The translations under genes and the position numbers were made by a program. The notes below the pieces were generated by a model, which was given only the letters and a program-made list of their open reading frames with translations, made no database searches and was not told where the DNA came from. Positions 63,026 to 64,000 of a DNA stretch of 64,000 bases are shown piece by piece. Position 1 is the stretch's first letter, and each line of letters starts with the position of its first letter. This stretch comes from an uncultured delta proteobacterium (GTDB lineage: Bacteria > Myxococcota > Myxococcia > Myxococcales > Anaeromyxobacteraceae), in the NCBI GenBank assembly GCA_963814585.1, contig CAWFDF010000009.1, positions 1 through 64,000 on the forward strand, in the 5' to 3' direction.

Positions 63026-63778
63026 CTACGGCTCCTGCAGGGCCGGAAGCGTCCAGGTCCGCTGGTACCTCCGGTACTCCACCCAGGGCAGCACCACCGC
63101 CACCGGCTTCACCGAGGCGTCGAGCCACTCGACCAGGGTGTCGACCGCGTCGCGGGTGGTGGCCACGCCGCCGCTGGTCGGCGTGCCGATCCCCTTCCAG
63201 GCGTGGACGAAGGTGCAGGACCCGCGCCCGGGCACGGTGGGCGCCGGGTTCTGGTCGAGCACCAGCGCCACCTCGTAGCTGTCGTCGACGCCGAGCAGCG
63301 GCTCGTCGGTGTCCCAGCGCATCGGGACCCGGGCCAGATCGACCACCGTGTTGTAGTGCGGGCTGGACTTGTCGGTGACGCAGACCAGCCCGGGCCGGGC
63401 CACGGTCCAGGCCAGGTCCACCTGGCGGGCCCTGGCGCCGAACGCCGAGGTGATGCGGAAGACGCCGGCCGGGGTGGCGCCGTCCCCCTGGTACTTCTCC
63501 GCCCCGTCCAGCCCCTCGGGGTGGAGGCCACGCCCCCACGCCATCCCGGAGCGCCCCACCACCCCTCGCTTGGCCAGCCCCACCGGCAGCCAGGCGGCCC
63601 CGGGAGCGGCCCGCTCGAAGCGCAGCAGGGTGGCCGCCGTCGCCTCCCAGCCCTTCGACACGATCACCAGGAGCTGCAGCGAGTCCGCGGGCACGGCCGG
63701 GGCCGGCTCGGCCGCGGCGGCCAGCCAGGGGAGGATCGCCGCCGAGAGGGCGGTGCCGAGCAGCCGGCGCCAGGACAT
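63026..63778 (-). CDS. Secreted YkuD/L,D-transpeptidase-like protein lacking the canonical catalytic Cys
   Basis: Signal peptide, GRSGMAWGRG, GDGATPAGVF, GSCTFVH..PTSGGVA. Confidence 0.8.
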   Translation of the reverse strand: MSWRRLLGTALSAAILPWLAAAAEPAPAVPADSLQLLVIVSKGWEATAATLLRFERAAPGAAWLPVGLAKRGVVGRSGMAWGRGLHPEGLDGAEKYQGDGATPAGVFRITSAFGARARQVDLAWTVARPGLVCVTDKSSPHYNTVVDLARVPMRWDTDEPLLGVDDSYEVALVLDQNPAPTVPGRGSCTFVHAWKGIGTPTSGGVATTRDAVDTLVEWLDASVKPVAVVLPWVEYRRYQRTWTLPALQEP

Positions 63779-63796
63779 GCCTGGGAAGGTAGCCGA

Positions 63797-64000
63797 TCAG
63801 CGGCGGCGATCAACCTTCCGGACCGGCCCGCCCCGTCGCGCGCCAGGCCCGCGCCGGGCCGGATCGCCCTTCACGGCGATGAAGAGGACGTGCTTCAGCC
63901 CGCCCGCCGCGCCGCGCGCCGGCACCACCCGCGCCGTCGCCTCGAAGCCGGCGCGCTGGAGTCGTCGCAGGTAGGCCTCGTCGTGGTGGGCGCTCCAGAC
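63797..64000 (-). CDS. 3' end of a spermidine-synthase-like methyltransferase (partial)
   Basis: Hand translation VWSAHHDEAYLRRLQRAGFE...KHVLFIAV...*. Confidence 0.55.
   Translation of the reverse strand, partial: VWSAHHDEAYLRRLQRAGFEATARVVPARGAAGGLKHVLFIAVKGDPARRGPGARRGGPVRKVDRRR

Overview
Very GC-rich bacterial chromosome segment; gene content and style suggest an Anaeromyxobacter-like Myxococcota (inference). From left to right: (1) a futalosine-pathway menaquinone cluster (ubiX 3' end, mqnE, an mqnA-mqnC fusion, an amidohydrolase, a UbiA-type prenyltransferase) followed by prfA-prmC-murA-hisG; (2) tRNA-Gly(CCC) and an accessory-looking tract with gene fragments, including an Lpp/OprI-like lipoprotein convergent with an L,D-transpeptidase; (3) an MFS gene with a coupled microprotein, OxyR-catalase-ankyrin, a bestrophin-like gene coupled to beta-carbonic anhydrase, and an ECF sigma flanked by microproteins; (4) an ~8.2 kb cyclic beta-1,2-glucan synthase gene and cspA; (5) an acyl-CoA/anaerobic metabolism block (2-oxoacid:ferredoxin oxidoreductase, radical 2-hydroxyacyl-CoA dehydratase system, FadH); (6) LemA-M48 protease and an ABC-F gene. 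Several genes, including essential prfA, are split by indels that most likely are sequencing errors. Most notable unexplained signals: a promoter- and terminator-bounded ~150 nt structured RNA candidate at 56849-56996 (-), the coupled bestrophin-like/carbonic anhydrase pair, and a ~290 bp nested inverted-repeat element at 60942-61231. All family assignments are from motif recognition by eye; no database search was run. No CRISPR array, integrase or transposase was seen.
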